This document shows, in pieces, positions 47,013 to 56,498 of a DNA stretch of 64,000 bases. The stretch is from a virus: IMG/VR virus record IMGVR_UViG_3300022932_000018, positions 3,578 to 67,577 of that record; one strand, written 5' to 3'. The translations under genes and the position numbers were made by a program. The stretch's first letter is position 1. The number at the start of each line of letters is the position of its first letter. Below the pieces are notes generated by a model that did no database searches, was not told the origin of the DNA, and was given only the letters and a program-made list of their open reading frames with translations.

Positions 47013-47551
47013 TACAGGAGTCGTTTGTCGGGTGCGTTGATTTGCTGAGGTTGTGAAGGTGTTTTGTTTGCTGACCAGTCATTGTTCGCTTGCCACTTAA
47101 GAAGGCGCAGTCTGAGTTCCCATGTCTTTTCAAGTTCAAATCGCATTTTCTTACCGCTGTGGCTTTTTTCACGCCAGTAGTCATAGAAGGGACGGACAAT
47201 CTTTGCTCCAAATTCTGTGACGTGTGGCACAAGGCTTTCGTAAAATGCTTTCTCTCGTTCTTCGACTGGAAGTGAAGCGTCGGCCTTGTTTTTCGGCGCT
47301 CTTTTCTCTCGTTCCTGCTCAAGTCGCTGGTTGCGTAGGAGCCCATCTTCACCAACTTTAAATTTTGCCATCACGATGGCTGTATTTTCAAATCCTGTTA
47401 TAAGTTGGAGAGCCTGTGGGTCATTTGGCAGCGCTCCCTTATCCCACTGTTCACATAGTAGCCGGATATATGCTCCGACCTCCTCTGGCTTCATCCTGGC
47501 TGTTCCGAGGATGAAGTCAGATACATTTAGCGCGAAGGATGCGAGCTTCAT
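47012..47551 (-). CDS. DUF1376/YdaU-like replication initiator
   Basis: SDFILGTARM..EEVGAYIRLL..QW N-domain; FYDYW.E...KMRFELEKTW C-domain; adjacent to dnaB. Confidence 0.8.
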   Translation of the reverse strand: MKLASFALNVSDFILGTARMKPEEVGAYIRLLCEQWDKGALPNDPQALQLITGFENTAIVMAKFKVGEDGLLRNQRLEQEREKRAPKNKADASLPVEEREKAFYESLVPHVTEFGAKIVRPFYDYWREKSHSGKKMRFELEKTWELRLRLLKWQANNDWSANKTPSQPQQINAPDKRLL

Positions 47552-47559
47552 AAAACAAT

Positions 47560-47673
47560 AATCCCTGACGGTTCAGGCGAGCAGGCCATCCCCGTCAGGG
47601 ATTGTAAATAAGTTAATTGAACCTATCTGCTCATAGGTGCCAATGCCGATCCTTTCGGCTTGGTGCAAATGTA
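47560..47673 (-). promoter_or_regulatory. Host-type promoter plus three-hairpin kissing-loop leader (copy B)
   Basis: TACATTTG at 47673-47666; loops GAGCAG/CTGCTC; homologous to 2200-2307. Confidence 0.7.
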
Positions 47674-48888
47674 CTACATGGCCTCTACATCAGAAAGGAT
47701 TTGCTCTTTTAATTTTTGAATCCACACCTGGATTTGATAGGTGTAGTGCTTTCCTGCTTGTGTTTCGCATTCAGGCATTGGGAATGTAAACGCATTGACC
47801 GCGTAGGTTGCAATCTTCTCCTTGTCCGGCCGGAGAGCCAGGGGGCGTTCTTCTGCGGCTTTGAACTCCTGCTCAGCTTTTTCTTCCTGCATGCGCTTGT
47901 CATGCGCAGCCTTTTCAGCCTTTTGTTTTTCTTCGGCATCGTGATCTGCCATGCGCTTCTTGGCAGACTCAATAAGCGCTTCCCAATCGTTTTCTGATAG
48001 GAAGTGTATTTCTTCCTTATCAACCAGAACTTTTTCTCCGTAAGCGTATTCATCATTACCGAACGCGTCAGTTAAGCCAATTCCGGACAGCTTGTTCCTG
48101 CGTTTGTCCAACATGATTTGGGCTTGCTGCTCCGCAATCTCCTTTTGCTGACGTTCAATCTCGGCTTGCTTGGCCTCGTTCTCCTGACGGATGCGTTCTT
48201 GTTCAGCACGTGTGCGTTCGATTTCTTCACGCTCTTTGCGCAGCCTTTCATCTTCTTCCTTGCGGCGTTGTTCTTCCGCCTGACGTTCCTTTTCGATGCG
48301 CAATGCTTCTGCAGCCTCCTGCTCTTTGCGAATGCGTTCAGCCTCGGCTTTCTCCGCTTCTTCCTTTTCGAACTCCGCTTTGGCAGTGTCAAGAACCTGG
48401 CTGTATTCCTCGTCGCTGAGGCTTTTGAGCATAGAGTAGTCAACTTCCTGGTTGTACTGGCGGAGACCGTCGATGCGCTTCTGAATGCGTGCTTCTTCGG
48501 CAGCTATTCTTTCTGCTTCAATGCGCTTCCATTCTTCTTCGAACTTCTCGGCCTCGGCACCCAGGCGTTCTTCATCGGGCTTAATCAGGGCAATGAGTTC
48601 TTTCTCTTTTGCGATGATGGTCTTGCTGAGCTCTGTCAGCGGAGCACGCATGGACTTGCCTTCGTTCTCGGTGTTGTTGCGCTCTTTCTTGAGGCGTTTC
48701 CGGCCTTCCTCGATGGATTTGTAGGTCGCTTTGTCTTCCGGGTTGGTGTACTGCAGATCGCTGTAATCTTTGGCCAGCGTTGCCAGTTGTGCTTTGCGGT
48801 CTTCGAATGCTTTGAGGCCGGCGTCAATAACCTTGAGAGTTTCGGATGTGGTCGTCGCCACTGATGTGTTGGTGTTTTCGGGTGTCAT
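47674..48888 (-). CDS. Long coiled-coil protein (DUF1351-like)
   Basis: E/K/R-rich heptads; LRPDKEKI C-terminal motif; recombination module. Confidence 0.65.
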   Translation of the reverse strand: MTPENTNTSVATTTSETLKVIDAGLKAFEDRKAQLATLAKDYSDLQYTNPEDKATYKSIEEGRKRLKKERNNTENEGKSMRAPLTELSKTIIAKEKELIALIKPDEERLGAEAEKFEEEWKRIEAERIAAEEARIQKRIDGLRQYNQEVDYSMLKSLSDEEYSQVLDTAKAEFEKEEAEKAEAERIRKEQEAAEALRIEKERQAEEQRRKEEDERLRKEREEIERTRAEQERIRQENEAKQAEIERQQKEIAEQQAQIMLDKRRNKLSGIGLTDAFGNDEYAYGEKVLVDKEEIHFLSENDWEALIESAKKRMADHDAEEKQKAEKAAHDKRMQEEKAEQEFKAAEERPLALRPDKEKIATYAVNAFTFPMPECETQAGKHYTYQIQVWIQKLKEQILSDVEAM

Positions 48889-48923
48889 TTTATTTGGGGA
48901 TTACGGTGTGGTTGTGGAGCATG

Positions 48924-49319
48924 TTAGAATAGTGGCTGGATGCCTTTTTTAGAGTTGATAGTTTGTTGTGCATTGGCGCGGCGCATAGGGCCGTCCAACT
49001 TGTTGTGACAGCGTTGGCACAGGGCTTGCAGGTTTTCGTCGCGGCAATCCATAGGGTCGGGATTATCAATGTGGGCTATGGTCAAGACAATTTTGAACGG
49101 CGGCCGCTTCAGCGCTTTCTCGAGCTCATTTTCGTCATCAGACGGCATATACCCGCCCGCAATATCTTCCACGGTGTAAAAGTTGCCTGATTTGAGCCGC
49201 CAACCTTCTCGCCCATTATCTATGCCGCACCGCTCACACTTATTGCCAGCACGGGCCAAAATTCGTGGCCTTATCTCCGTTTTCCAGCTTGTCGGGTATT
49301 TGCTGTAATCGCACGGCAT
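48924..49319 (-). CDS. HNH-fold protein
   Basis: CERCG, VLTIAHID and NLQALCQRCHN motifs. Confidence 0.85.
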   Translation of the reverse strand: MPCDYSKYPTSWKTEIRPRILARAGNKCERCGIDNGREGWRLKSGNFYTVEDIAGGYMPSDDENELEKALKRPPFKIVLTIAHIDNPDPMDCRDENLQALCQRCHNKLDGPMRRANAQQTINSKKGIQPLF

Positions 49320-49320
49320 T

Positions 49321-49584
49321 TTACAGTTGCTTTAAAAATTCGTGAACTGATTGGGATGGCCTTTCGGTAGTATCGCGTCCCCACCAGCCAAAAGGGCTAT
49401 GAGAGTAATACTTCCGATTGCCGTTGGGCTTTCGTATAGTAGGCCAAAGATGCTTGAGAAGGGTTGTCAACTCCTCTACCGTCCCATCATTCACGACGGC
49501 GGATTTGCCGTCGCGCAGGTCTTGGATTGTGAATACAGGGTCGTTGCGATGCAGGATGGCTGGTGGTGTTCTGCGGTGTGTCAT
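49321..49584 (-). CDS. Hypothetical protein
   Basis: ATG 49584 directly after the upstream stop. Confidence 0.5.
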   Translation of the reverse strand: MTHRRTPPAILHRNDPVFTIQDLRDGKSAVVNDGTVEELTTLLKHLWPTIRKPNGNRKYYSHSPFGWWGRDTTERPSQSVHEFLKQL

Positions 49585-49585
49585 G

Positions 49586-49942
49586 TTAAAACGCTTTGCC
49601 GCCTTCTTTGGCGCGGTTTGCAAGTTGGTGGTCGGCACGGGTACGGTTGTAGGCCATCTTCTCAATAACGGCACCCTCGAGGTCATAGCCCATCATGCCA
49701 CAGTAATCGCCAATGCGGATAACGGCATCTGCAAACTCAACTTCAGCCATGCGACGGTGCGGCAGGTGGTCATCCATCAGGTTCTTCCGTTCGCCTTCCA
49801 TTGCCTCGGAAAGCTCGGAATGCATCAGGCATATCATTTCTGCCTTGTTGCGCTGGATTGGTTCACCGGTGGTACGGTCGCTGTGCCAGCCGGCATTCTG
49901 TGCGGCCTCAAACGCTTTCTTTACAAGTTCTGTGATGGTCAT
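49586..49942 (-). CDS. MazG-like all-alpha NTP pyrophosphatase
   Basis: LMHSELSEAMEG, EFADAVIRI.D and EKMAYN..R motifs. Confidence 0.85.
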   Translation of the reverse strand: MTITELVKKAFEAAQNAGWHSDRTTGEPIQRNKAEMICLMHSELSEAMEGERKNLMDDHLPHRRMAEVEFADAVIRIGDYCGMMGYDLEGAVIEKMAYNRTRADHQLANRAKEGGKAF

Positions 49943-50760
49943 TCTTTTATTTTTTTGAGTAATGATTTTGGATTGAATGGTTCTGCCAGGATGATGCCCG
50001 GTTCCGGTGATGATGCGATGATGTGGGAGCCAAGTAGTATTTTGCCTGCCTTGAGGATGCAGGCAGTCAGGTGCTTTTTATCTTCTTCCGGCACTTTGAA
50101 CCTGAGTATATTCAGGTCTTTGTAGTATCCGTCGTCCAACAGGAATGGGAGGTCTGCGTCTTCAGCGTGGTAAATCCAGGAGAACTTGCTTTCCCCGGTT
50201 TCTTGTGCCAGTTCACGGATAGCAGGAAGGTCTTTGAAGTAAGGCAGGTAGACAATGAGCTCTCCATGGTCAACGTTTGCGACGCAGGCGCCAGAAACTA
50301 TCTGCCAGTAGAACTTTTCTCCGTCCGGGTGGTTCTCCCGAATCGCGTTCATGGCGTCCATGCCTGTGAGCCCATCGTAGAGTGGTTGAACCAGCTTTAC
50401 GAAGCTCTTTAGTGTCATGGGGCACTTCTGCTCGGCTACTGCTCTTTCGTTGTCATACTTGTAAGCATCAATAGAGCTGGCCCAATAGTTTATGGTCGGG
50501 TGAACCATTGTTTCCTTTGAATTGCGCGAGTAGGCTGTGCTGAGCTTTTCGTCGAAAGTGTATTGCTCAAGAAGTGTTCCCCAGGTCAGTGGCCGGGCGT
50601 TGCTTTCAGAGTCAATGCAGCGTCCCAGCCGGCGTTCAAAAATCTTTTCTTCGATGTAGGTCAGTGCCGCCTTTAGAAATTCGCCCTTGCTACTCAATTT
50701 AGCAAGGACGAATATTTCTGAACCAGTAAAGTTGCCGATTCTCTCTTTGTTGAAAATCAT
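49939..50760 (-). CDS. YqaJ/lambda-exonuclease-like protein
   Basis: RIGNFTGSE, WGTLLE, SSID, EQKCP and YWQ motifs. Confidence 0.8.
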   Translation of the reverse strand: MIFNKERIGNFTGSEIFVLAKLSSKGEFLKAALTYIEEKIFERRLGRCIDSESNARPLTWGTLLEQYTFDEKLSTAYSRNSKETMVHPTINYWASSIDAYKYDNERAVAEQKCPMTLKSFVKLVQPLYDGLTGMDAMNAIRENHPDGEKFYWQIVSGACVANVDHGELIVYLPYFKDLPAIRELAQETGESKFSWIYHAEDADLPFLLDDGYYKDLNILRFKVPEEDKKHLTACILKAGKILLGSHIIASSPEPGIILAEPFNPKSLLKKIKE

Positions 50761-50763
50761 GCT

Positions 50764-51678
50764 TTACAGAGCTTGTAGCTGTTTGAACAACTTGGCATAC
50801 GACTTTTCTTCTTTGTTGTCGATAATGCGCTTTGCATTTGCCTTTTCTTCTTCTGGCAGTGCTTCCAGCTTCATTTCGTACAGCATATTCAGTGTGTCGT
50901 AGTCCACCTTGTCTGTAGCTGTTGGTTCCGGCGAGAAAATATCTTTGGCATTGCTTTCGCCGTTTTTGATGGCAGCCTTAAATCCTGTCAGTGCTTCAAG
51001 TTTGTCGAGGTCGATATCGCCTACTTTTTGAATGCCGAGTGTATCGCAAAGCTGCTTTTCTGTAACGCCAATGCTTTTGAAGTAGGCCACAGCCTTGTCG
51101 CGGCGCGCGTTCAGTGTTTCGGCTGTGCCCCGGGCAACTTCTTTGGCCTTGTCGTGAATGTCAGAAACCAGGGCAGCCGGGATGACTTTGAATATCGCAT
51201 TTCTCACGGCGATGGCAATTGCTGCATTACCAGTCATTACAATCATGTCCTGGTTGTATTTTTTCCCGTTCTTATCGGTAATCTTACGATTGACCTCTAC
51301 CGTAGCTTTTACGTTATTTTCGAGGTCAATGCAAACACCTTGGGCAACAAGAGTTTTTCCATCGTTTGAGATGACCCGGCCACCATACTGTATGTTGGTG
51401 TAGGATGCGGCAATGATTTCAGCAAGACGAATGCTGGGACCTTCAAGGCGTGTTCCACCTCGAGGCAGAGCGTAAGTACAGGCAGCGGCGGTTTCTTCGC
51501 TGAATGTAGCCATGCTGAGTGCCTTGTCGCGGAACTTCTGTAGTGAGCGGGGGAAGGCACGCGCTGTCGCGATTGTGCTGTCGATTTCCACGCGTAGCTG
51601 CATTGCTGCGAATTCGCTTGGCACTTCCTGCACTTGTGTAAGTTCAGTGTTCTGGGTTTGTTGGAGTTGACTGTTCAT
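50764..51678 (-). CDS. Putative single-strand annealing/recombination protein
   Basis: TARAFPRS...YALPRGG..LEGPSIRLAE; paired with the exonuclease. Confidence 0.6.
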   Translation of the reverse strand: MNSQLQQTQNTELTQVQEVPSEFAAMQLRVEIDSTIATARAFPRSLQKFRDKALSMATFSEETAAACTYALPRGGTRLEGPSIRLAEIIAASYTNIQYGGRVISNDGKTLVAQGVCIDLENNVKATVEVNRKITDKNGKKYNQDMIVMTGNAAIAIAVRNAIFKVIPAALVSDIHDKAKEVARGTAETLNARRDKAVAYFKSIGVTEKQLCDTLGIQKVGDIDLDKLEALTGFKAAIKNGESNAKDIFSPEPTATDKVDYDTLNMLYEMKLEALPEEEKANAKRIIDNKEEKSYAKLFKQLQAL

Positions 51679-51943
51679 GGTTTTTTAAGGCTTCTGTGAG
51701 TTTTTCGATGATTGTTTCTTTAGAATTGCAGCGGAACCAGTCGTGAATGTCAATGAGGATTTCGCACTGCCGGTTTGGATGCCCCGGGGGATATGTCCGG
51801 TCTATTGCTGGCTGCTCGATTAATCCTGCAGGCGTGGCGTGTAATGCTTTGAGGATGTCTTCATGCGGTATGTCTGCAATGAGGTTGCCATTGTGAGCAA
51901 AGCATTCCACTGAGGCTGGACACAGGTAGTAGTCGTCGATCAT
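51644..51943 (-). CDS. Hypothetical protein
   Basis: Coupled ORF. Confidence 0.5.
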   Translation of the reverse strand: MIDDYYLCPASVECFAHNGNLIADIPHEDILKALHATPAGLIEQPAIDRTYPPGHPNRQCEILIDIHDWFRCNSKETIIEKLTEALKNHEQSTPTNPEH

Positions 51944-52192
51944 TAGATTTCAGTTTCAGTGCACTCAATCCACTTTTCTTCGGCGGGAATATTGAGGTCA
52001 TTCACGTCACAATCTCCCATTGCGTCGCTTACTGGTATGCGGTCTGTCACGGGGAAAAGGTTTTGTTTGGTTGTTTTAATATGCCGAACATAGTCTTCGG
52101 CCATGGTGGCTATTTCCGATGGCATTTTTGGTCGTTTTTGGGTCGGTAAATAAAAAGCCAATAGAATGGCGGGTAAAGGATGATTGCAAGGA

Positions 52193-52480
52193 TTAGAGTA
52201 CTACCGTCCATGATTTCGTGAGCAATTCGATTTGACGATGGAGGCAGTGGTTTTGGAGCCGGTTGATGTGCCAGGGTGCTTCTGGCAGGTGCTCATACTG
52301 TTGGCCCAGGCATTGCAGCTGTGTGGCGATGTAGTTGACCTTGCGTACGGTCTTTGCTTTGGCAATTTCGAGCCGGAAGAACAGAATTTCGTCTAGAAAA
52401 CCATTGAGATCGAGAGCGGACTGCTTTTCTACGCTGCGGAGCGTAAAGAGGGTGACGATGAAGTTGAGTGCTTTTTTCAT
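52193..52480 (-). CDS. Hypothetical protein
   Basis: 95-aa ORF with ATGA overlap. Confidence 0.5.
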   Translation of the reverse strand: MKKALNFIVTLFTLRSVEKQSALDLNGFLDEILFFRLEIAKAKTVRKVNYIATQLQCLGQQYEHLPEAPWHINRLQNHCLHRQIELLTKSWTVVL

Positions 52481-52794
52481 TGTCTGAATTTGGTGATAGA
52501 TGATGTAAAGGATGTGTAGAGCGGGTTCCGGATGATGTACTTCTTGTCGGCTAAATAGCGCTTGTCGTCCTCGGTGGCGTCGGTAATGATTACCCGGCAG
52601 TCAATCTGTGTGCTGGATTTCCTGACAACCGATTGTTTTTTGATTATGGTCGTGACGCGGTTGCAGAGAACGTATGGACCTTTGGTTGGTCCGAAGATAA
52701 ACTGCCCAGCTATTCTCCTGCTGCCAAATATTCCGATGCAGGAACCTCCGTCTGCGTCCCATACTGTGCATGGTAGATGTGCGTTGGTTGTCAT
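52477..52794 (-). CDS. Hypothetical protein (NUMOD1-like start)
   Basis: VWDADGGSCIGIFGSRRIA resembles a NUMOD1 repeat. Confidence 0.45.
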   Translation of the reverse strand: MTTNAHLPCTVWDADGGSCIGIFGSRRIAGQFIFGPTKGPYVLCNRVTTIIKKQSVVRKSSTQIDCRVIITDATEDDKRYLADKKYIIRNPLYTSFTSSITKFRQ

Positions 52795-52941
52795 CTCAGT
52801 CTATTTTAGAGCCTGCCGAACAACGGCAATGGCATAGATTACAATATAGAGCACAAGCAGCAGGAAAAAGAATACGCCTACCGGGTGGCCTGTTTCAACG
52901 AACGTGATAATTCTTTTCATTTTGATGTTGGTATTTTGTGG

Positions 52942-53133
52942 TTACGCAATCGCAGCTTCACGCTTCTCGTAAAACTCTTTGATGACCTGGAAGGTGTGCA
53001 TGGTACAGGTTCCCTGGTTGAGCGCTTTGCCGATTGTCTTTGTAGAAACGCCAGCCAGCGAGGAAAGTGTAAAAACGTCGCCCATTTCCTTGAGCAGCTT
53101 CCATTTATTTAGTTTTCGTTGTTCTATTTTCAT
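52942..53133 (-). CDS. Small Cro-like HTH protein
   Basis: LSSLAGVSTKTIGKALN helix-turn-helix; TATATTTA promoter box at ~53158-53165. Confidence 0.65.
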   Translation of the reverse strand: MKIEQRKLNKWKLLKEMGDVFTLSSLAGVSTKTIGKALNQGTCTMHTFQVIKEFYEKREAAIA

Positions 53134-53619
53134 GGTTTGATTGTGTTCGGTCTTTGGTAAATATAGGAATCAAATCGGAATCTACCAATAGGCAAAAAAA
53201 TATCCGACCAAAATAGTCAGATTTACGCTGTTTTCTTGTGTAGTGGGCATACCCGCCCTATATCCTTGAACAACCCGTTTGCAGGTTTATTGAAGGGCTT
53301 CGGACTGGTGCTCTACGAGTGGTGTAGTCCTACGGCCTTTACTATGCGTCCCATATCCTGTGGGCGAAATGCTGGGTTGGGGCTCTTTCGAGTGTTCATT
53401 GTCGCTTGTTGTCGGCGGTGGGACATGGCACGCACTGGTTAGCATTCCGATATTTTCAACTTTGTCAACCTCCACACTGAATTGTGATTTCAGCGCTTAC
53501 AAGCAAAGTGCTCTAGCATAAAAAAGCTAATCATTCATTTGGCAGGCTTTCCTTCCATACCGAGGGAGAATCAAGTGTTAAAACCTCTTGGCGCAAATGT
53601 AGGGAAAGTTTGGACAATA

Positions 53620-53648
53620 AAAAAAGCCCAGCAGGATCTGGGCTTTTG
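53620..53648 (-). terminator. Intrinsic terminator
   Basis: AAAAGCCCAG-CAGGAT-CTGGGCTTTT with a flanking A-run. Confidence 0.75.
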
Positions 53649-53723
53649 TGTAAGGGAATGAGGAAAGCATTCGTCCTACTGCTTGTAAGGTTGACTGCAA
53701 AGATAGAATCATTCCTGATAAAT

Positions 53724-53984
53724 TCACTCAGGAATTTTCAGTTCTTTTATGTGGGAAACTGCTTCTTCTGCTGTGAGACCGAGAAGGAACATGGTACCCA
53801 TTGCATCTTGCATTCCTTCGGCAAGGGTGATTTTCTTAGAAACCTGCTGTATCCACGGTAGGTAGCCTGTGTCCTGACTGGCCATTTTGTGTGGGGTAAG
53901 GTCAGATAGCGCTACCGTTTCAGGCGCCGGCACAGTCATGCGTCCTTTGTCCATGGTGATGGTCGTGTCTTTTTTCTTGGGCAT
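53724..53984 (-). CDS. Hypothetical protein
   Basis: 86-aa ORF. Confidence 0.55.
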   Translation of the reverse strand: MPKKKDTTITMDKGRMTVPAPETVALSDLTPHKMASQDTGYLPWIQQVSKKITLAEGMQDAMGTMFLLGLTAEEAVSHIKELKIPE

Positions 53985-54161
53985 TTCAATAATCTTGAGG
54001 GAGTGATTTGATGGAGAAAAAGTTTCTGATTTCTTCTTTGGCTGAGTGGGGATGGAACATCAGAAGGTGGGATAATGCCCGGAGTAGTTTGCTGGCCAGG
54101 TAGAGGGTGGCACCGATGATGTACAGGAGAACCAGTAGAGGGTAAAGGAATTTTATTGCTT

Positions 54162-54440
54162 TCATTCTTTCGGTTTTCTGATTCTGCGGGTGGTGTTCTT
54201 GTCTTTGATGTGGACCGTCAGCTTCTTGTGCAAGGCTTCCAAAAGTAGTTCAGCTTTGTAGTCCGTCAGCAATTCGTGATTTTTCTGCAGGGTCTTGATC
54301 GCGTCGAGCTCACCCTGGAAGATTGCGATTTCTTCGCTGTCGTAGAGCAGCCCCTGGTCGAGTAATTGCTTTGCGATGCTCTTTGTCTTTGACCGGAAGT
54401 TGATTGGCACCCGGTATATGAGAACGTCTCTTTTTTTCAT
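54162..54440 (-). CDS. Hypothetical protein
   Basis: 92-aa ORF. Confidence 0.55.
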   Translation of the reverse strand: MKKRDVLIYRVPINFRSKTKSIAKQLLDQGLLYDSEEIAIFQGELDAIKTLQKNHELLTDYKAELLLEALHKKLTVHIKDKNTTRRIRKPKE

Positions 54441-54841
54441 CGGAGTTTGGATGGTTTATGATTGGTGAGCCTCAATTGCAGTGATCAGGCCTATGATAGC
54501 TATTGCTAACGCCGACACAATGCGAAGTGCTATGTGCCAATCTGTAGGTCTAAGCGAAGCAGCGCCAATAGATGCTCCCAAATAAACAAATGCGATACAC
54601 AAAATGCCTGTGAGTAGTGTCTTCCTTTTCATCTCCTTCTGCGCTCTTTACCCGTGCGCGGCGGTTGGTGGTTAGATAGAAATAAGGTGCACCGTATGCG
54701 TGGCGGTCATGTCGAATTTCAGCAGATGCATTCTACCTCGGGCCTGCTCTTTTTGCTCGGCGTCGCTTGGTTGATAGCCATCATGCTTTGAGGTGTCACA
54801 GGTTACTCTTCCTTGCGCATCCACTATCTGGTAGTAATACT

Positions 54842-55231
54842 TCATTGTTCCGGTGCGGGGGTTGGGGTGAGGGAGGTGTTGCATTCGGCAACAGTAAGGT
54901 AGCCGAGTTCTATGAGTTTTATCACATGGTCAGCGAGCCATTGGGCATTCCATATCTGAGAATCGAATGCTTCAACATCTTCTAGCATTTCACGGCTGAT
55001 GCGGTCGCTGTCATGATATATTGCAGCCATTGCACCCAATTCTGCGATAGTGAAAGCATCGGCCTCATGCGTTCCTTCAACCGGTGCATCTTTGGAAAGA
55101 ATGCCAAACCATGAGTTCCCATCAGGGAATCCTACATAGGCATAGCAGAAATAAGATGTTGACTGTGCTATCCCTAATTGTTGAAGCTTCCTTGCCTGCT
55201 CGACTGTGCACACTTGTTGTTCTATTTTCAT
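54842..55231 (-). CDS. Hypothetical protein, paralog of 42654-43064
   Basis: MKIEQQVCTVEQARKL...AFTIAEL. Confidence 0.65.
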   Translation of the reverse strand: MKIEQQVCTVEQARKLQQLGIAQSTSYFCYAYVGFPDGNSWFGILSKDAPVEGTHEADAFTIAELGAMAAIYHDSDRISREMLEDVEAFDSQIWNAQWLADHVIKLIELGYLTVAECNTSLTPTPAPEQ

Positions 55232-55241
55232 GCTTTTAATT

Positions 55242-55547
55242 TTATTTTACCCATCCTTTTGATATGATATAGGATTCAACTGTTGCGAATAGCTCTGGAA
55301 TAGATTCGGCCTCTATGCGGTGTTTCCAATCACAAACCAGTTCCATAGAAACGGCCTTAGCGATCATGTGATCAACGCTTTCTACCAATATCTCTTGCTT
55401 TGCCCCCTCCAGAACCATATCGTAATAGCGGCGCGGGTAGATGCTCCCGTCGAGGAAGTAGAATATATAGCCACAGCAGTGATTGCTTTCTATGCGGTAG
55501 TCGATTTCACGCTCATTTAGGAATGCAAATATTTCTTCAATGTTCAT
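55242..55547 (-). CDS. Hypothetical protein
   Basis: 101-aa ORF. Confidence 0.55.
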   Translation of the reverse strand: MNIEEIFAFLNEREIDYRIESNHCCGYIFYFLDGSIYPRRYYDMVLEGAKQEILVESVDHMIAKAVSMELVCDWKHRIEAESIPELFATVESYIISKGWVK

Positions 55548-55607
55548 CCTTTCAATTTTTCGGGTTAATAATGGTTTGGGCTTCTTTGAGGGCGGGCTGT
55601 GTGGGAT

Positions 55608-56147
55608 TTATAGGGCGTTATCTTTTTTATACTTTATGTAGGCTATCCCGGCTAACATTGCTGTATTGAAAGTGCCTATAAATACTTTTTTATTTTTAAC
55701 AGAAATCACCGCAACAAATTTTACTTTCCCATTCTTCTGTTTGCCTCTCCATACGCCAGTAAAGAATGTTGTTTTGTTCGGGTTTTTCCATTTTGTAGAT
55801 GGGTTCATTACGTTCTCTCTTTGTGAAACGTATCTCAGGTTCTCAAGGCGGTTGTTCAATGGGTTGCCGTCAATATGGTCAACACACATTCCATTAGGGC
55901 AGGTTCCTACAAAGGCTTCCATTACTAGTCGGTGCGTAAGAAACCTGTAGAGCTTATATTTAATCATACAGTTGGTTGTATGATATCCGCTACGAGTACG
56001 GTTTTGCAACAATATCTTCTCGGACCTTACTCTTGGATGAAGGTTTTCCCTTTCGTATTCCAGGTGAACTCTCTTTGCTCTACCTAAATTAGAAACCTGC
56101 AATATCCCAATAGCAGACGGAACGTCTTTCCATATTTCCTGTTCCAT
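55608..56147 (-). CDS. NUMOD4-HNH homing endonuclease with AP2-like C-terminus
   Basis: EIWKDV, VSNLGR, HRLVMEAF, VDHIDGNPLNNRLENLR and IGTF motifs; ATG 56147. Confidence 0.9.
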   Translation of the reverse strand: MEQEIWKDVPSAIGILQVSNLGRAKRVHLEYERENLHPRVRSEKILLQNRTRSGYHTTNCMIKYKLYRFLTHRLVMEAFVGTCPNGMCVDHIDGNPLNNRLENLRYVSQRENVMNPSTKWKNPNKTTFFTGVWRGKQKNGKVKFVAVISVKNKKVFIGTFNTAMLAGIAYIKYKKDNAL

Positions 56148-56498
56148 AAAATGAAAATGCTCCGCATACAAGTGGCTTATCAGTATCAATCCATTGGAAG
56201 GAACTGCACTTGTACGCAGGAGCGTATTCTAAATTATTTGAGTAGGGGAACATGAATTGAACTGATAAGCACAGCTAAGATACGACTTTTATCTCAAATC
56301 TCGCTGTTCGTTTCATGGGGTGGTTTTAGTCATGCTTTTTAATAAAATTATATGTATAGGCTATGAATGATATTGATGCGCATATGCAAGAAACCGAAAG
56401 CATCAAGAAAAGGCATAAATCATCAGAAGGACGCAAACCTCCGTATTTACATGCGCCCCATATTGACCATGCAAGAACCACAAGGAAATTAATGTACT

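Noticed and set aside
55608-56147. Group I intron around the HNH gene
   Set aside because: No interrupted gene flanks it and no P7/catalytic core was recognised; it appears free-standing.
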